NCBI GenBank assembly: GCA_029550525.1
Contig: JAKPHF010000027.1
Location: forward strand, 23,839 to 47,838
Direction of reading: 5' to 3'
Length of the DNA stretch: 24,000 nt
From: Planctomycetota bacterium
Lineage (GTDB): Bacteria > Planctomycetota > Phycisphaerae > UBA1845 > PWPN01
The notes beneath the pieces were generated by a model. The model worked only from the letters and a program-made list of their open reading frames with translations, made no database searches and was not told the origin of the DNA. Shown here in pieces: positions 22,952-24,000 of the stretch. A program made the position numbers and the translations under genes. Each line of letters opens with the position of its first letter. Position 1 is the stretch's first letter.

Positions 22952-22998
22952 ATATTAAGGGACATCGGCTGTCCATTCAATACTTTTAAACGTTTTAA
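22952..22998 (-). promoter_or_regulatory. Predicted sigma70-type promoter plus upstream AT-rich motif for the DUF1559 gene
   Basis: Read on the minus strand: TTAAAACGTTTAAAA (22998-22984), 3 nt, -35 TTGAAT (22980-22975), 17-nt spacer, -10 TAATAT (22957-22952). The ATG lies 45 nt downstream of the -10. Confidence 0.45.
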
Positions 22999-23135
22999 TT
23001 GGAAAAAACGCACATCTCTGCGTCTGCCGCGGCTCTTGCGGGTATCTCCTCCGCTCCGGGGGCAGGAGGATGGCCGTTGTCATTGCAAAATTGTCCGTCC
23101 CACCGCAAACGAGCGTCGCCGGTTTGCCGTGCGGT

Positions 23136-23173
23136 ATAAAAAACGCAAGGCCTCCCGTGCAGGGAGGCCTTGC
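23136..23173 (-). terminator. Rho-independent terminator of the Cys-rich/dockerin-like gene
   Basis: 12-bp stem: gcaaggcctccc (23145-23156) pairs with gggaggccttgc (23162-23173), loop gtgca. On the minus strand it is followed by GTTTTTTAT. It lies 33 nt after the stop codon. Confidence 0.75.
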
Positions 23174-23206
23174 TCGTTTCACTCAGCGAGTCAGACCCAT
23201 TCGGAG

Positions 23207-24000
23207 TCAGTCGTTGCAGGTCGGATCCAGCGGGACGCTGGGGCCCGAGCCGCAACGCACGAATGGCCCGAAGTCGGCCAGATCAATCTTGCCATCGGGG
23301 CCGCCGTCCGGACCACCGGCCACGTCGTAGCAACTGCACTTGACCGGATCATCCGAGATGACGCCGGTGGTGGTGAGGCAGGCCTGCCAGATCGCGAAGT
23401 CCACCTGGTCCACGTCGTTATCGCCGTCGGTGTCAGGGATCACGTCCTGGCAAACCTTCCAGCGGCAATCGACCTGCTCGCAGGTCTTGCCGGGCTGGAA
23501 CGCTCCGCCCAACTCTTGGCAGTCGAACTCCATCTCCATGCTGCAGACGTTGCCCTTCTGGCAGCAGGCGGACATGCAAGTGACACCCTCGCAAGTGCTG
23601 CCGTCTCCGCCGTAGATGCCGCCTAGGCTGATGCACTCACCGAGGCTCACGTTGTAGCAGGCATCGCCGCGGGTGCAGCACGAGCCCGTGGGCGGGCACT
23701 CGGTCGGGGCGCTGTACAGACGGAACTGGGCATCGTTCTTGTCCAGCGTCAGAGCGAACACGTAGCAGGAGCCGTTGCGCTTGCCGAAGCCCAGCGACAT
23801 GACCCAGGCGTTCTCGCGCGGCGCGCCCTCGTCGCCGGTGGGCCCACCGGGATCGTTCGCCCCGACGGTGTAGACTTTGCCGACCGGGCCGTACGGACCG
23901 GGCCAGAAGTTGGATGGGACACCGAGATTGCCGCGGTACTGAATGGTGGAACCGCTGCTGACATACTTGTCGCCGCTCCAGCTCATCCAGGCCGAACCGT
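23207..24000 (-). CDS. Secreted Cys-rich repeat protein with a C-terminal dockerin-like (EF-hand-type) pair; the N-terminus lies beyond the window
   Basis: The frame stays open upstream of the ATG at 23986 to the window edge, and there is no signal peptide at that Met. There are two ~37 aa CC-x2-G-x2-C...LGG...G-x-TCE-x-V-x-C repeats. Two Asp-rich loops follow: DTDGDNDVDQVDF and GGPDGKIDLADF. Confidence 0.65.
   Translation of the reverse strand, partial: GSAWMSWSGDKYVSSGSTIQYRGNLGVPSNFWPGPYGPVGKVYTVGANDPGGPTGDEGAPRENAWVMSLGFGKRNGSCYVFALTLDKNDAQFRLYSAPTECPPTGSCCTRGDACYNVSLGECISLGGIYGGDGSTCEGVTCMSACCQKGNVCSMEMEFDCQELGGAFQPGKTCEQVDCRWKVCQDVIPDTDGDNDVDQVDFAIWQACLTTTGVISDDPVKCSCYDVAGGPDGGPDGKIDLADFGPFVRCGSGPSVPLDPTCND

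Noticed and set aside
23010-23030. Short hairpin acgcagagatgtgcgt plus T6 (minus strand) as a second terminator
   Set aside because: The stem is only 5 bp. The T-run is more simply part of the AT-rich region upstream of the DUF1559 promoter.
1-24000. Search for CRISPR arrays, tRNA/rRNA genes, integrases/transposases, toxin-antitoxin pairs or known defence-system signatures (nuclease, helicase, ATPase, TIR, reverse transcriptase)
   Set aside because: I saw no spaced direct-repeat arrays, no tRNA-like T-arm/acceptor patterns in intergenic regions, and no ORF with such motifs. Every large ORF not assigned above is a shadow ORF. A covariance-model or HMM scan would be needed to exclude small ncRNAs formally.

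Overview
High-GC (roughly 65%) bacterial chromosomal segment. The gene content suggests the PVC superphylum, most likely Planctomycetota. This is an inference from a DUF1559-type prepilin-like protein, a PEP-CTERM protein, an exported Gfo/Idh/MocA enzyme, and a dcw cluster with no ftsA/ftsZ after ftsQ. No database search was possible, so all functional calls come from motif recognition by eye plus the ORF track.

nt 1-10023 is a co-directional peptidoglycan/division (dcw) cluster: murF (5' partial), mraY, ftsW, murG, murC, murB::ddl, ftsQ. It has three unusual points. (1) There is no murD between mraY and ftsW. (2) murB and ddl form one uninterrupted ORF joined by a low-complexity linker. (3) The cluster ends at ftsQ, and the position normally held by ftsA-ftsZ carries two co-directional, apparently paralogous multi-TM proteins (10140-11646). 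I consider that pair the best candidate for something undescribed, but the link to division is inference only.

nt 11.9-18.5 kb holds miscellaneous genes: a sugar-phosphate isomerase-like TIM barrel, a GT-C membrane glycosyltransferase, recJ, an exported Gfo/Idh/MocA oxidoreductase and an M48 peptidase.

nt 18.6-24 kb is a secretome/cell-surface stretch: a secreted DUF2961/GH172-like protein, a PEP-CTERM protein, a prepilin-like DUF1559 protein and a Cys-rich, dockerin-like protein (partial). The three minus-strand genes each end in a clean hairpin plus U-tract terminator. Two of them share a 15-nt AT-rich motif just upstream of sigma70-like promoters.

Noncoding oddities include a repeat-dense ftsW-murG spacer, a roughly 380-nt lower-GC gap before murC, a 14-bp perfect palindrome upstream of the oxidoreductase, a polypurine/heptamer tract, and an orphan plus-strand terminator.

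I saw no rRNA, tRNA, CRISPR, transposase/integrase or recognisable defence genes. Many long ORFs in the track are antisense or frame-shifted shadows of real high-GC genes.
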